A stretch of 64,000 bases of DNA from an uncultured virus (IMG/VR IMGVR_UViG_3300007344_000002) (IMGVR_UViG_3300007344_000002); one strand, 5' to 3'; counted from the first letter of the stretch, positions 19,595 to 29,301 are shown. Made by a program: numbers and translations. The notes: a model not told the origin generated them from the sequence alone.

Positions 19595-21100
19595 TTAAAA
19601 GCCCCCTATTGCATCGACTTCTTGTATTGTAGTAGCGTCTATTGCATACTTATCACTTCGTATTGCGTGTATCCTAGGCAATCTTAGAGAATATTTGTCG
19701 TCCCTTTTCATTATCATTTCTGCTTTCACATGCAGGACTACTCTAGGTAGGAAAGAATATTTTTCATTCTTAAATGAAGAAACTAGTTTTCTCAGCATAT
19801 TAGAAAGAAGTTTATGATTTATCGCTGAAAGCCCAGAAACAAATCCAAGAGAAACATATCCACTTTCCTTTCTACATGCTATTTCAAAACTCGAAAAGTC
19901 ATTCTTAGAATTTATTTTCGCTCCTATGACTACCAAGTTTAAATCTATTCTAGGTGGGGAATGTATCACCACTGCTACGCTCTTTTCATTAGGAAGATAC
20001 TTAGCATCTAAGTCCCTAATGATGATGCCATCAAACCCTTCACTAATTGCTTGGTTGTAGAATGCCTTAGAGTCTTCGTTTTCATCCGACCTAGTGGGAG
20101 GGGAGGGTAGGTCTTCCATTGCCTTGAGCCTATCCACAAAGGGCAAATTCAGCATACATCTCCCATCCTTTGATAGGCAGTCTAAAATTACACACCTTAG
20201 ATTGTCCTGTGTTTGAGTATGGTTGTTGTGAAGCACCTTCAAGACTTCATAGTAGTCCATTGGTTTTTCGTCCGAGTCTACGCAATAGAGTTCTGCGTCC
20301 AAAATAAAGTCGGATGATGAATCGCATATGTAGTTTTTCATTTTCAATGGTAAGGTGAGTATTTTGCCTTTTCTGTTGAAGAAGATAGTGTTATCTTTTT
20401 TCTTGTGAATCTGTATTCTTATTCCACCATATCTATATTCACAAATAGAATTAGTAGGTTGTTTATACACGCTCCATTTAGTATTAGACTTTGCTAACAT
20501 AGGTGGAATAAATAATCCATGAGTAGAAACATTCCTAAGTTTTCTTTTATTAGAATAAGCATGGTACATAGTATCTAGTTCGTGCATTTTAGAATCCTTT
20601 TCAACAGAAGCCCGTTCTAAGTTGAAATATTTGCTTAGGCAATTAATTACAATTCTATTTTTGTCCATCTTCAATCTAGGTTCTCTTAACCAAAAAGAAA
20701 TGAACCATTTTCTCTCAAGTGAAGAAAGACTTTCTAGTACTTCGGAGAATAATTCAAAGGAACCTTTCTGTCTGCAATCTAATTCTAGAAGTCGCATGAC
20801 CATGTTTAGGCTATAGTCGGCTGTCTTCTGTTTATCTCTTTCTAGATTGAATACACCCTTTCCTAAGTCATCGCCGTATATCTCTAACTCTTCTAGAAAT
20901 ATACCAAAGTGTTCACAAATCCACTTCTTTGTTTTATGCTTACCAATATGGGAACTATCCAAGTCTAGAGTTAGAATCTTTAGTAATTGTAAAGGTTGAA
21001 TATGCTTATTTCCAAATGCTTGCAGAATTAGACGAGTCTGTTGTGCTGATGTTTTCTTCTGCATAGTTTCGCAAAGTCTTGCTAAGTGGCTCATCGTCAT
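19595..21100 (-). CDS. ATP-dependent DNA ligase homolog, predicted catalytically inactive
   Basis: Ligase architecture (DBD, PMLAK, ILDAEL, SLRLPRI..IRSDK), but motif I reads EYRYGGIR instead of KxDGxR. Confidence 0.8.
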   Translation of the reverse strand: MTMSHLARLCETMQKKTSAQQTRLILQAFGNKHIQPLQLLKILTLDLDSSHIGKHKTKKWICEHFGIFLEELEIYGDDLGKGVFNLERDKQKTADYSLNMVMRLLELDCRQKGSFELFSEVLESLSSLERKWFISFWLREPRLKMDKNRIVINCLSKYFNLERASVEKDSKMHELDTMYHAYSNKRKLRNVSTHGLFIPPMLAKSNTKWSVYKQPTNSICEYRYGGIRIQIHKKKDNTIFFNRKGKILTLPLKMKNYICDSSSDFILDAELYCVDSDEKPMDYYEVLKVLHNNHTQTQDNLRCVILDCLSKDGRCMLNLPFVDRLKAMEDLPSPPTRSDENEDSKAFYNQAISEGFDGIIIRDLDAKYLPNEKSVAVVIHSPPRIDLNLVVIGAKINSKNDFSSFEIACRKESGYVSLGFVSGLSAINHKLLSNMLRKLVSSFKNEKYSFLPRVVLHVKAEMIMKRDDKYSLRLPRIHAIRSDKYAIDATTIQEVDAIGGF

Positions 21101-21251
21101 TGTCTTCCACCTTTGCTTCTTCTATTCCAGCAGTAAATATTTTAGCATTGACAAGTCTAATCAGTTCTTCTATGTGTTCGTATTTGCCTTGCTTCATTTT
21201 TTTAAGAAACCAAAGATAACTCGCTAGTTCAATCCATTCACTCTTCTTCAT
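21006..21251 (-). CDS. Hypothetical protein
   Basis: MKKSEWIELAS..., coupled ORF. Confidence 0.4.
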   Translation of the reverse strand: MKKSEWIELASYLWFLKKMKQGKYEHIEELIRLVNAKIFTAGIEEAKVEDNDDEPLSKTLRNYAEENISTTDSSNSASIWK

Positions 21252-21597
21252 TTTCTTCCCCATCCGAAAGAATCTCATTATGTATTCTAGGTATGTTAGC
21301 AATCATAGTATTGATTGTATTCGATAGGTCATTAAGACCTTGTTGTTCTGCGGCGTACTGCATAAAGGTTAGAGTTCCAATAGTCACAGGCAATGCTATG
21401 TGATTTATTTCTCCACCTAGAATTAGACTCCAATGGGAAACAAACGCTCCTCTTATCAAATCATTTGAATTGGCAACCACTGGCCAAGATTCAGTGAAGG
21501 CCATTCTTTCCTTATGTGGTAATTCTGCTGATACTTCTACAGTCTTACACCAACTTACAAAGTTCTTCTGCTTAGTTCTGTTTCTCAATGTCCTCAT
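21238..21597 (-). CDS. Hypothetical protein
   Basis: 119-aa coupled ORF. Confidence 0.5.
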   Translation of the reverse strand: MRTLRNRTKQKNFVSWCKTVEVSAELPHKERMAFTESWPVVANSNDLIRGAFVSHWSLILGGEINHIALPVTIGTLTFMQYAAEQQGLNDLSNTINTMIANIPRIHNEILSDGEENEEE

Positions 21598-21800
21598 TAG
21601 TCTTCCTCCAATATTTCTCCTAGCATATGATATAGAAGTAAGGCTTCCTCTTTGTTCATTCGTATCCCTTTCTTAGTAGGCTTATCATTTTTATACCAAC
21701 GAAAATCTATTACATCAATCTTCCAATAGTTTCCTTGGTAGACTCTTATCGAGTCTTCGCTGTTTCTAGGTATCTCTCCTACGAATGCTAGTTCACTCAA
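21597..21800 (-). CDS. PC4/YdbC-like ssDNA-binding protein
   Basis: IDFRWY...KPTKKGIRM signature. Confidence 0.75.
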   Translation of the reverse strand: MSELAFVGEIPRNSEDSIRVYQGNYWKIDVIDFRWYKNDKPTKKGIRMNKEEALLLYHMLGEILEED

Positions 21801-22192
21801 TTTGCATTCCCTCCTTGAAGGTAGTAAGGGCCTTTCTACTAGTGAAGTATTGAGGGGATTCTAAATTAGATAGGCAGTTGGCAATCCAACAAGCCCCACC
21901 CATACTTGAAATTTGAACAATCTCGTATTGCTCTCCATTGACCTCAACCATTTCAGTAGTGTTTATCTCCGGAACTAAACCGTACATTCTTGTGACTTCT
22001 GCGGATACCTCTACTAAGTTATCAACCACATACTTGATGATGTGCGCTCTTTGTATTGGTATCTTTGGTGCGACCTTAATCTTCATTGTCCCTGTCATTT
22101 TACAGACAAGGCACTTGTTCCCCTCACATATAGGACAGGCTATTTCTGCCGCATAAGGGGCAGGTAAGGTCACGGTCACGGCTCTCTTCATA
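21793..22192 (-). CDS. Zn-finger protein (DnaJ-like CxxCxG repeats)
   Basis: CPICEGNKCLVCKMTG; directly after the chaperonin gene. Confidence 0.45.
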
Positions 22193-22195
22193 GTA

Positions 22196-23734
22196 TCACT
22201 CAAGAAGTACTGCTACATCGGTTGTTAAAAACATCATCGCAATAGAGAAGGCCGCAGAAATGCTACTCTTTGTGACAAGAGTTGGGTCAATAATTCCATC
22301 GACCAATAAATCACTAACAGCAACTTTCTTGGCATTGAATCCTTGCCAACCTTGCTTACCTTCAATCCAACGATTTATTACAATGTCATAATTGGCTAGA
22401 GGAAACTCACTATTACCCATGAGGGTATCTATTGGAGATAGGAGTGTTGCCATTGACATTTCATGGTCAATATTTTTTTCTTGAGGCCAATGTTGTTGGA
22501 ACCTTAGGATAGTGAGTCCACCGCCCACAATATAACCGCCGTCTAGTGCGGCCTTGGTTGCGTTAAGCGCATCGTCAAGCCTCTCCTTAGTATCTCTCAT
22601 TTCAACAGAAGAACCAGCACCTACACGGATTACTGCGATACCCCCACTAAGTCTAGAGATTCTTTTAGAGATGCTTTCTTTCACAAAGTCATTCGTACCC
22701 AATTCGTGAAGTTTTCTCAAGGCTTCTATTCTTTCAACAACTGCCTCTCCTCCGTCCCCACCAATGATAGTAGTCTTGACTTTATCAATCACAACTTTAG
22801 TGCAACTACCTAGAGTATTCTCATTGACTATTCTTAGGTCGTCGTCTGCTTCTTCTGCATAGGCTTTACCACCCACTACTGCAATCAAATCCTTTAGTTC
22901 GTCTAGTTGGGCGTCACCATAGTTTGGAGTTTCAATTACTCCTACATCGAGCCTACCTTGTGCTACATTCAATAGTACATTTTGTAGTGCTAGGTTCTGC
23001 AATCCTCTACAGACTAATAGTAGAGGCCTTCCTTTCTGTGAAGCATATTCACAAGCAGGTAAAATGTCTTGGAACTTTCTAATGATTTTGTTAGTGGATA
23101 AGATGAGTGGATTCTCTAGAACACAATCTCCATTATCTCGATTAGCAAACAAGTGACTAATGTAGCCGCTCTCTAATTCTAATCCTTCTTTAATTTCAAA
23201 AGAAGTATTCAAGTCTAAACTTTCTTCGACAGAAACTACTCCGTTTCTGCCAACTGCTTTGAAAACCTCGGCAATAAGTTCGCCCAGTTTTTCATCGTTG
23301 TTGGCCGCAATAGTAGCAATCTTTTGAATATCATCATCAGCGACGGGGATACTTCTACTATCCAAATAACCAAGAAGACCATCTCTAACCTCTGTTAGGT
23401 AGTTTCTCCATTCGTGAATACTTCTAGCATCTCTAAATCTATGTAGAGACTTACACAATGCTCTAGCCAAAATACAGGCGGTAGTAGTACCATCACCCGC
23501 CTTTGATTGGGCTTTCGATGCTAGGTCTTGAACTAGTTGTACCCCCAATTGAACATAGGGGTCCTCGGAACGAACATATTTAGTGATAGTCACTCCGTCA
23601 TTTATGACAACCGGAGGGTTGCCTTGTAGAATAACTGTCTTCGCTTGTGGCCCAAATGTTGGGGCTACAGTATCAGCGACTAAACTAATACCCTCCAGTA
23701 GTTTCTCCCCTACTTCATTTCCGTTTAGAATCAC
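22196..23734 (-). CDS. groEL: Group I chaperonin GroEL
   Basis: TFGP, NDGVTI, AGDGTTT, IAANND, KERLDDALNAT, GGG, GIIDP. Confidence 0.95.
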   Translation of the reverse strand: MILNGNEVGEKLLEGISLVADTVAPTFGPQAKTVILQGNPPVVINDGVTITKYVRSEDPYVQLGVQLVQDLASKAQSKAGDGTTTACILARALCKSLHRFRDARSIHEWRNYLTEVRDGLLGYLDSRSIPVADDDIQKIATIAANNDEKLGELIAEVFKAVGRNGVVSVEESLDLNTSFEIKEGLELESGYISHLFANRDNGDCVLENPLILSTNKIIRKFQDILPACEYASQKGRPLLLVCRGLQNLALQNVLLNVAQGRLDVGVIETPNYGDAQLDELKDLIAVVGGKAYAEEADDDLRIVNENTLGSCTKVVIDKVKTTIIGGDGGEAVVERIEALRKLHELGTNDFVKESISKRISRLSGGIAVIRVGAGSSVEMRDTKERLDDALNATKAALDGGYIVGGGLTILRFQQHWPQEKNIDHEMSMATLLSPIDTLMGNSEFPLANYDIVINRWIEGKQGWQGFNAKKVAVSDLLVDGIIDPTLVTKSSISAAFSIAMMFLTTDVAVLLE

Positions 23735-23949
23735 TCAATCACCGCCATAATATCTTCCATCCTAACGATAGTAAATTCATTGTAAGTAAAATGCTTATTT
23801 TCTGCATTGTAAATCGCTTTCTTTCCAATTAGGCTACCGTCTTTTTGGCAGTCATGTACCAATGCAATGTTGTCATTGATAGAAACAATGCCACTTTCGC
23901 TAAGAACTTCTTCTGTTTTCAGTATAACCCATTCTCCAATTGCTCTCAT
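23731..23949 (-). CDS. groES: GroES-like co-chaperonin
   Basis: AIGEWVIL...SGIV...IVRMEDIMAVI; overlaps the groEL start. Confidence 0.75.
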   Translation of the reverse strand: MRAIGEWVILKTEEVLSESGIVSINDNIALVHDCQKDGSLIGKKAIYNAENKHFTYNEFTIVRMEDIMAVIE

Positions 23950-23986
23950 AATTATCTCATCTCCAATCAGTATTTAACCTACAATA

Positions 23987-24220
23987 TTAAGCAGTCATTC
24001 CATTGTCGGCTTCCATTTCCATTTGAAATTCCCAAGTGTGAAATGAAGCATGGCCAGCAATAAACCCACCTGCTTCTCTAATAGTTCCTATGAAAGAAGC
24101 ACCACAAACACTACAGTAAGTAGTGACTATTCTCTCATCAATGTAATGTCCGTTTTCTGTTTTTATTTCTACAATCTTTCCAATATCTTCATGTGTGTAT
24201 TTCATTTCAATTGCCTCCAA
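23987..24220 (-). CDS. C2H2-like zinc-binding protein
   Basis: CSVCG...H...H. Confidence 0.45.
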   Translation of the reverse strand: MEAIEMKYTHEDIGKIVEIKTENGHYIDERIVTTYCSVCGASFIGTIREAGGFIAGHASFHTWEFQMEMEADNGMTA

Positions 24221-24797
24221 AGGGCTTTCTGTTTTTTATCATGTTATGGTAGTGGTTTTCAGGCCACCATTCCGGCCTTCTATTCTTTTTCCAAGTGGCG
24301 AAGTCCCACTTACCTTGTAGGTAGTAGTGGCGATATGACTTGATAACAAAGTCCCAACTGTGTTTTTCTTTAGGTAAGCGGTAAATATCAGCCATAGCAA
24401 TAGATACAGGAGTCAAGTCTTCTTCGTCATAAGAGAAAGTAAAACTATCTCCAATTCTTTTTTCTGCTCCGTGAATCTTACCATACCTAAATGTATATTC
24501 TTTACAAAGCGCAACAGCATGATTGTATAGCCACATGTAATTTGCTTTGTTCTGTCTAGCCCAAATAGTACTAGGGTGATTTAACATAGCAGGTTTCATC
24601 AACTTAGAATTGAGGTGTGCATGAAACTTCTTCAACTCTGCAAGAGTTGGCTTAACACCATAGATACTTACATAGTGGAAGTAAAGAGTATTGGTGTGCA
24701 ACATTTGACAACTTTCTGTTGGCATTTTTACTACATGCTTGTCCAGCATTTGCTGTGCTGATAGTACTGGGTCTTTAGTTAGTGCAAATATATTCAT
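24207..24797 (-). CDS. Pyrimidine-dimer DNA glycosylase (DenV-like family)
   Basis: MNIF..DP..SA...DKHVVKM..E..QML, HPST.W, EYT.RYGK.H. Confidence 0.75.
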   Translation of the reverse strand: MNIFALTKDPVLSAQQMLDKHVVKMPTESCQMLHTNTLYFHYVSIYGVKPTLAELKKFHAHLNSKLMKPAMLNHPSTIWARQNKANYMWLYNHAVALCKEYTFRYGKIHGAEKRIGDSFTFSYDEEDLTPVSIAMADIYRLPKEKHSWDFVIKSYRHYYLQGKWDFATWKKNRRPEWWPENHYHNMIKNRKPFGGN

Positions 24798-25015
24798 TCT
24801 TCATCACTCCACCATTCTGCGAGTTCCTCATCACTTACTAATTCAGTCATCTTGATGTATCTGTTTTTGTATTTGTTTAGTTCTTTACGCAAACGCTTGA
24901 CTTCTGCGTGTGCCTTTTGATATTCTACAAATAGGAATTCTTGAAAAGAACCCATTGGTTCTTCCATCAAAATCCATTCTTCATAGGCTTTTTCGTATTT
25001 GTCTGTGTCAATCAT
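24794..25015 (-). CDS. Small coiled-coil protein (MIDTDKYE paralog)
   Basis: Shares MIDTDKYE and EVKRLR with the adjacent ORF. Confidence 0.55.
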   Translation of the reverse strand: MIDTDKYEKAYEEWILMEEPMGSFQEFLFVEYQKAHAEVKRLRKELNKYKNRYIKMTELVSDEELAEWWSDEE

Positions 25016-25209
25016 TCAATCACCGCCAATAGGTCTTTTGTTATGTGTTCAGCCCATGCTTTAGTTGGTCCGACATAACCGTTGGTTATCCCTGCTATCC
25101 TCTCGATTTCTTCACGCAACCGCTTGACTTCTTGTATCAGTTCCCATGCTAAGTGATTGAATGGTTGCGCCTCTCGAAGTCTTCGTTCGTATTTGTCTGT
25201 GTCAATCAT
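25012..25209 (-). CDS. Small coiled-coil protein (MIDTDKYE paralog)
   Basis: See the adjacent paralog. Confidence 0.55.
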   Translation of the reverse strand: MIDTDKYERRLREAQPFNHLAWELIQEVKRLREEIERIAGITNGYVGPTKAWAEHITKDLLAVIE

Positions 25210-25796
25210 TCTTCTTCGCCTCTATCCCAATTCTTCTCTAGTAACATCTCATTAATACTAGTCTTAATCTCTTTAGGTGCGTAGGCTCGCTTAATCTGCT
25301 TTCGCTCCCACTCAAAGTCACGATAGATGTGTAGTTGTTCGGGGTGCTTATTATTCCAAATACCATAGTGGCCTATGCCGCCTAGAACAATAGCGTTGTG
25401 CATCAAAGGCTCCCACTTACCAACAGTATTCCAATCAGTACCACTAAAGTAAGCAGAGCCGAAAGGATGGGTGTGAATCCAACACTTAATTGGTAGAGTC
25501 ATTCCAACAGGGTCAACTTTGAAGGAAACAAAGCCAGCCGTGCCAAAGGAAATGTGTAGATTATCCTTACCATCCACAACGACTTGTACTTCTAATCCAT
25601 TAAGGATTTCAGTAGATGCCTTCCAAATGGCATTGAGAAACTCTGTCTCGGACCAAACTCCATTGAAACTAGGGCGAATCAAGTTCTCTATTAGACCTTG
25701 ACAGTGTGCTTCGTGGTCTGCTTCTGCTTCGCCCCAATCATGTCTATCGTCGTCTTCTCCATGTACTCTAATGTACCAATCTCCAGTTTTGCTCAT
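25206..25796 (-). CDS. JAB/JAMM (MPN+) metallo-isopeptidase
   Basis: Upstream Glu (GLEVQ) plus WIHTHP-x5-FSGTD, matching E...HxH-x7-S-xx-D. Confidence 0.85.
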   Translation of the reverse strand: MSKTGDWYIRVHGEDDDRHDWGEAEADHEAHCQGLIENLIRPSFNGVWSETEFLNAIWKASTEILNGLEVQVVVDGKDNLHISFGTAGFVSFKVDPVGMTLPIKCWIHTHPFGSAYFSGTDWNTVGKWEPLMHNAIVLGGIGHYGIWNNKHPEQLHIYRDFEWERKQIKRAYAPKEIKTSINEMLLEKNWDRGEEE

Positions 25797-26038
25797 TCTT
25801 CTTCCTCTCCGTTTTTTTTATTACTTGTTCTAGCCATTTCTATAGTTATCAGCCTTTGTTCTTCAAAATCTAAAGTTGGGCCACTAATACAGAATATTCT
25901 AAAACCAACAACATAACCATTACAAGTGTCACAACAACGGCCATCTACCAAAGGTTGTGCGTTATGTCCTTCGCTCCAATAGACTTTACCGTTGTGACTA
26001 TGCGCTTGTATTTCGCCTTTACAAATACAGCACTTCAT
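25793..26038 (-). CDS. Zn-finger protein
   Basis: CCIC...HNAQP...CCDTC. Confidence 0.55.
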   Translation of the reverse strand: MKCCICKGEIQAHSHNGKVYWSEGHNAQPLVDGRCCDTCNGYVVGFRIFCISGPTLDFEEQRLITIEMARTSNKKNGEEEE

Positions 26039-26628
26039 ACATTCACCACCATAAACGGATTAACGCTCTCTCCAGCAAACCATCGTTGCATCCACTGTGC
26101 CCCAATACTAGCGATTACAGAGTGCATGAAATGGATACCTTCCTTGCTACCATCCCAAGAATCTCCTTGACATGAGAAGGAACCATCCGGACCTGCTAGT
26201 AGCGTATCATAGGAAGAAGGCTCTGCTTGATAAGAAACAAGTGCGGCATTCCTTCCTTGAGAGCGAAGGTCTAGCCACTTTACTTCTTCTACATTGGCCT
26301 TGTATAACATTCGTCGTGTGTTTAAATTATCAACACAACAAACTACTAAGTCATATCCTTTCAGTTGGTCGTCAACTAGAATTGGATACTTGTTTCCAAC
26401 TACTACCTGCTCATAGTTCTTCTTCATAAAGAACGCTTTATTTTGCCCAACACTATCTGTAGTGAAACGCTGGTATGTCACATTCTTTTCTTCAATAGTA
26501 TCGGGGTCACTTACGGTAATCTCGTAGAGTTCCCGCTCATAACTTCCGTTCCCTGTTAGGTTGTTCAAGGTGTCAATGAGATAACTCCCAATTCCACCGG
26601 CTCCGATTATCAATATTTTTCTAGGCAT
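26035..26628 (-). CDS. E1/ThiF-family ubiquitin-like activating enzyme
   Basis: GAGGIGS, DPDTIEEKN..YQ, NKA, CVDN..RR, candidate catalytic Cys in FSCQ. Confidence 0.85.
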   Translation of the reverse strand: MPRKILIIGAGGIGSYLIDTLNNLTGNGSYERELYEITVSDPDTIEEKNVTYQRFTTDSVGQNKAFFMKKNYEQVVVGNKYPILVDDQLKGYDLVVCCVDNLNTRRMLYKANVEEVKWLDLRSQGRNAALVSYQAEPSSYDTLLAGPDGSFSCQGDSWDGSKEGIHFMHSVIASIGAQWMQRWFAGESVNPFMVVNV

Positions 26629-27476
26629 TCTATTCCTCTTCCTTTTATTTGTTTTTTATTGGTATTAATTATTTTCAAAAGCCTCTTGACTTCTCGACCA
26701 ATGGCATCATACCCAATACCACTAACCGATTCTATTTTCTTGTTCGTTATGTTCATGTTCTCCATAGTAGCCACAATAGAACAATATGCGGCTGGAGTAC
26801 TTGGCTTGATATTCTCGTTAGATTTCGAGAGAATATTATCAAAGTGAATTGATAGCAGGGAAACCTTTCCTAAGTAAGAAGGGTAGTGTTCTAGTTCGTC
26901 TGCTAATAACATAGCATATTTTTCAGCGAATGGTCTACATTCCTTTATTAGAAAAACTCCGGTATTGTTCTCTTCCTTTGCTATCTTCCTAGCCAACCTA
27001 AACACAGACTTCTTGTTGCATTCGTATTCAGCACAAACTTCTTTCAGTGTGAAGGGAAGTGACTCATTTTTCAAACAGTAGTAGACAAGTGCCGCCGCTC
27101 TATTTTCAAGAGGGGCAGTAGAAAATGTGTGCTTTCTGTAGAGCATCAAATACAATTCCTCTACAGTAGTAAAGATTGTAGAAGTTCTTGGTATCTTTAG
27201 TGATGCCATCAGTAGTCTACACATTGAAACTCCTTTATACACTGCCTTATTTTCAATTTGAGCGAAGGACAGGGATTTAGGTTTTATCGTCTGTAATCCC
27301 ATTTCATGTAAATTGGAAGACCAACGCTCTCTAATAATTGAGCCTTGGCTGTCCTGTAGATAAGTCCCTTGCTCAAAGGGTTCAGTCACTAGAACTAAAC
27401 CACACTCTTCACAAATTAGTTCTCCTAAGACTTCATCGAATTTATTCTTCAATGATTGGCATTCTAAGCATTTCAT
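26610..27476 (-). CDS. tfb: Transcription initiation factor TFB/TFIIB
   Basis: Zn ribbon CLEC...GELICEECGLV and cyclin repeats (AAALVY...TLKEV; PAAY). Confidence 0.85.
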   Translation of the reverse strand: MKCLECQSLKNKFDEVLGELICEECGLVLVTEPFEQGTYLQDSQGSIIRERWSSNLHEMGLQTIKPKSLSFAQIENKAVYKGVSMCRLLMASLKIPRTSTIFTTVEELYLMLYRKHTFSTAPLENRAAALVYYCLKNESLPFTLKEVCAEYECNKKSVFRLARKIAKEENNTGVFLIKECRPFAEKYAMLLADELEHYPSYLGKVSLLSIHFDNILSKSNENIKPSTPAAYCSIVATMENMNITNKKIESVSGIGYDAIGREVKRLLKIINTNKKQIKGRGIECLEKY

Positions 27477-28818
27477 TTTTTTCACCTTTATTACACATTA
27501 ATTCAAATTTAGAACTGAATGGATTATTTACATCAATCTTAGTACGAGTGAATATCTTAGAACTCATAACCAATCTAGGTTTAGATGCCGTCACTTCACT
27601 TCCTAAAGTGCTGACTCTACTCATAGTCATTCTGTCATTCAATAGGGAGAGAATCCTTGAGGCAAATTGGTCGCCAAGGGAGGGGTTCTTTCCTCCAGTG
27701 TTTATGCAAATACTATGACCCCAGTACATTATATCTCCGGTATCTTCACTCTTAACTCTAAGCATTTGAGTACTAACTGCTTGAACTCCTATGCTTTCTC
27801 TTTTGAGATTAGACTTAGAGCCACAGAGTAGCCAATCGGAGGTTTGTCCGGAAACAATGATTCGTATTGCTTCTTCACTATCCTTTCTTTTTACCCTGTC
27901 CGGATATTGAACCAATAAATCATCAAGAAGCGTCATGGCTCTTTCTTGCACTAACTTCTCCGAGCGATTCTGTTCTAAGAAGGCCATCATCAATTTAGTT
28001 TCTGCTTCCGTAGGTTCCTTATTCATTAAACGAGTAAAGAGGGTTTTAGGACTAAGGAACTTCCAGTTCCCTACTCGCTTACCATGACGATAAAAACCAA
28101 TCATAGTCATTAGGTCTTTTTGGGATATTTTACCCCAAACATTTGAACTGATTTCTATTGCATAGTCGTCATCGGAAATTTGCATTACTTGTAATCTAAC
28201 ATTGATTGTTCGACCCTCTTTCATATATTGAAAAGGTAGTCTAGTAGTAAGAACATATCTAATGTCTTCCGGAACTAGAATAGAACTAGCCACAATATCC
28301 CTCAACTCTTTCCTAGATAGCGGAACCTCTTTTCTTTTTGTTTTAGCATCAATATCCAAAAGAATTCTAGCGAGAATAGGGGCGATGTGTTTTCTAGGGG
28401 TGGCCATGCCGTTAATTGAATAGGAACTGCCCTTCTTAGAAATAACGACTTCTACTTCCCTAGAAGCCTCACTATCCAAGCCAGCATCGCATTTGGAAGT
28501 AAAAGTAATTACGAAAAACAAATTATCGCTTTCCGGATATTCCGTGTGTGTAGTGCCGTTCTCATCGACAATATTCATTCTATAGTATTGATGTCTATTA
28601 TATGCCCCCTTTAGGATTTCATTAAATGCCTCGGAAGTTTTTTCTAAAATAGGGTCTGCTGAATACAATACCCTAGAATCTATTCGGTGTCTGTTGGGGC
28701 AAATATGTTCTCTGAACACAACTTCTCTTCCATCCTTTTCAAAATGCACACTGCATCTTAGGGTTTTCGTATTCTCTTGTGTATATATTTCAAAATTTAT
28801 TCTTCTCATCGTAATCAC
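27442..28818 (-). CDS. Uncharacterised 458-aa protein in the Ubl cluster
   Basis: Long ORF with a C-terminal SICI...GDQFASRILSLLND segment. Confidence 0.6.
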   Translation of the reverse strand: MITMRRINFEIYTQENTKTLRCSVHFEKDGREVVFREHICPNRHRIDSRVLYSADPILEKTSEAFNEILKGAYNRHQYYRMNIVDENGTTHTEYPESDNLFFVITFTSKCDAGLDSEASREVEVVISKKGSSYSINGMATPRKHIAPILARILLDIDAKTKRKEVPLSRKELRDIVASSILVPEDIRYVLTTRLPFQYMKEGRTINVRLQVMQISDDDYAIEISSNVWGKISQKDLMTMIGFYRHGKRVGNWKFLSPKTLFTRLMNKEPTEAETKLMMAFLEQNRSEKLVQERAMTLLDDLLVQYPDRVKRKDSEEAIRIIVSGQTSDWLLCGSKSNLKRESIGVQAVSTQMLRVKSEDTGDIMYWGHSICINTGGKNPSLGDQFASRILSLLNDRMTMSRVSTLGSEVTASKPRLVMSSKIFTRTKIDVNNPFSSKFELMCNKGEKNEMLRMPIIEE

Positions 28819-28973
28819 ATCATATATGTTTTTGATTTGTATTGTTTGAGGCAGTTTTCATGCGCCTCTAATTTCATGTCTTGTGGTGTCATTAAAGAGC
28901 CACCACATACTCTACATTTAGTCGCTATTGGGCGACCTCGGTTGTTCTTGGTATAGTCGGGGTTTTTACTCAT
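28815..28973 (-). CDS. Small Zn-binding protein (52 aa)
   Basis: Manual translation includes KCRVCGGSL...AHENC. Confidence 0.5.
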   Translation of the reverse strand: MSKNPDYTKNNRGRPIATKCRVCGGSLMTPQDMKLEAHENCLKQYKSKTYMM

Positions 28974-29256
28974 CTTCGTTCACCTCCTTATATCCAATAA
29001 TGAATCGCTTTTCGACTACCTTTCTTTCTAGGTAGGCGTGGAACCCTATGTCTACTGCCATAGGGCTTTGCCACAGGGCTTGTTTCAGTCTAGAAACAAC
29101 CATGTAGCACTTACCTCTACTTTCTCTTCCGCTTGTCTCTTCGTAGCGGATTTTTTCGACTACTCCTATGTAATCGGGGTGACTCTCTTCCAAGAAATCG
29201 TCAAGAATAAGAACAGCGAGTTTCTTACACTCATCGAAATCTCGGAAGAGAGCCAT
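28966..29256 (-). CDS. Hypothetical protein
   Basis: 96-aa coupled ORF. Confidence 0.5.
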   Translation of the reverse strand: MALFRDFDECKKLAVLILDDFLEESHPDYIGVVEKIRYEETSGRESRGKCYMVVSRLKQALWQSPMAVDIGFHAYLERKVVEKRFIIGYKEVNEDE

Positions 29257-29301
29257 AGTTTCACTTTTGGGAAAGTTGTAGTTATGGGAGAGAGGACAAC
29301 C

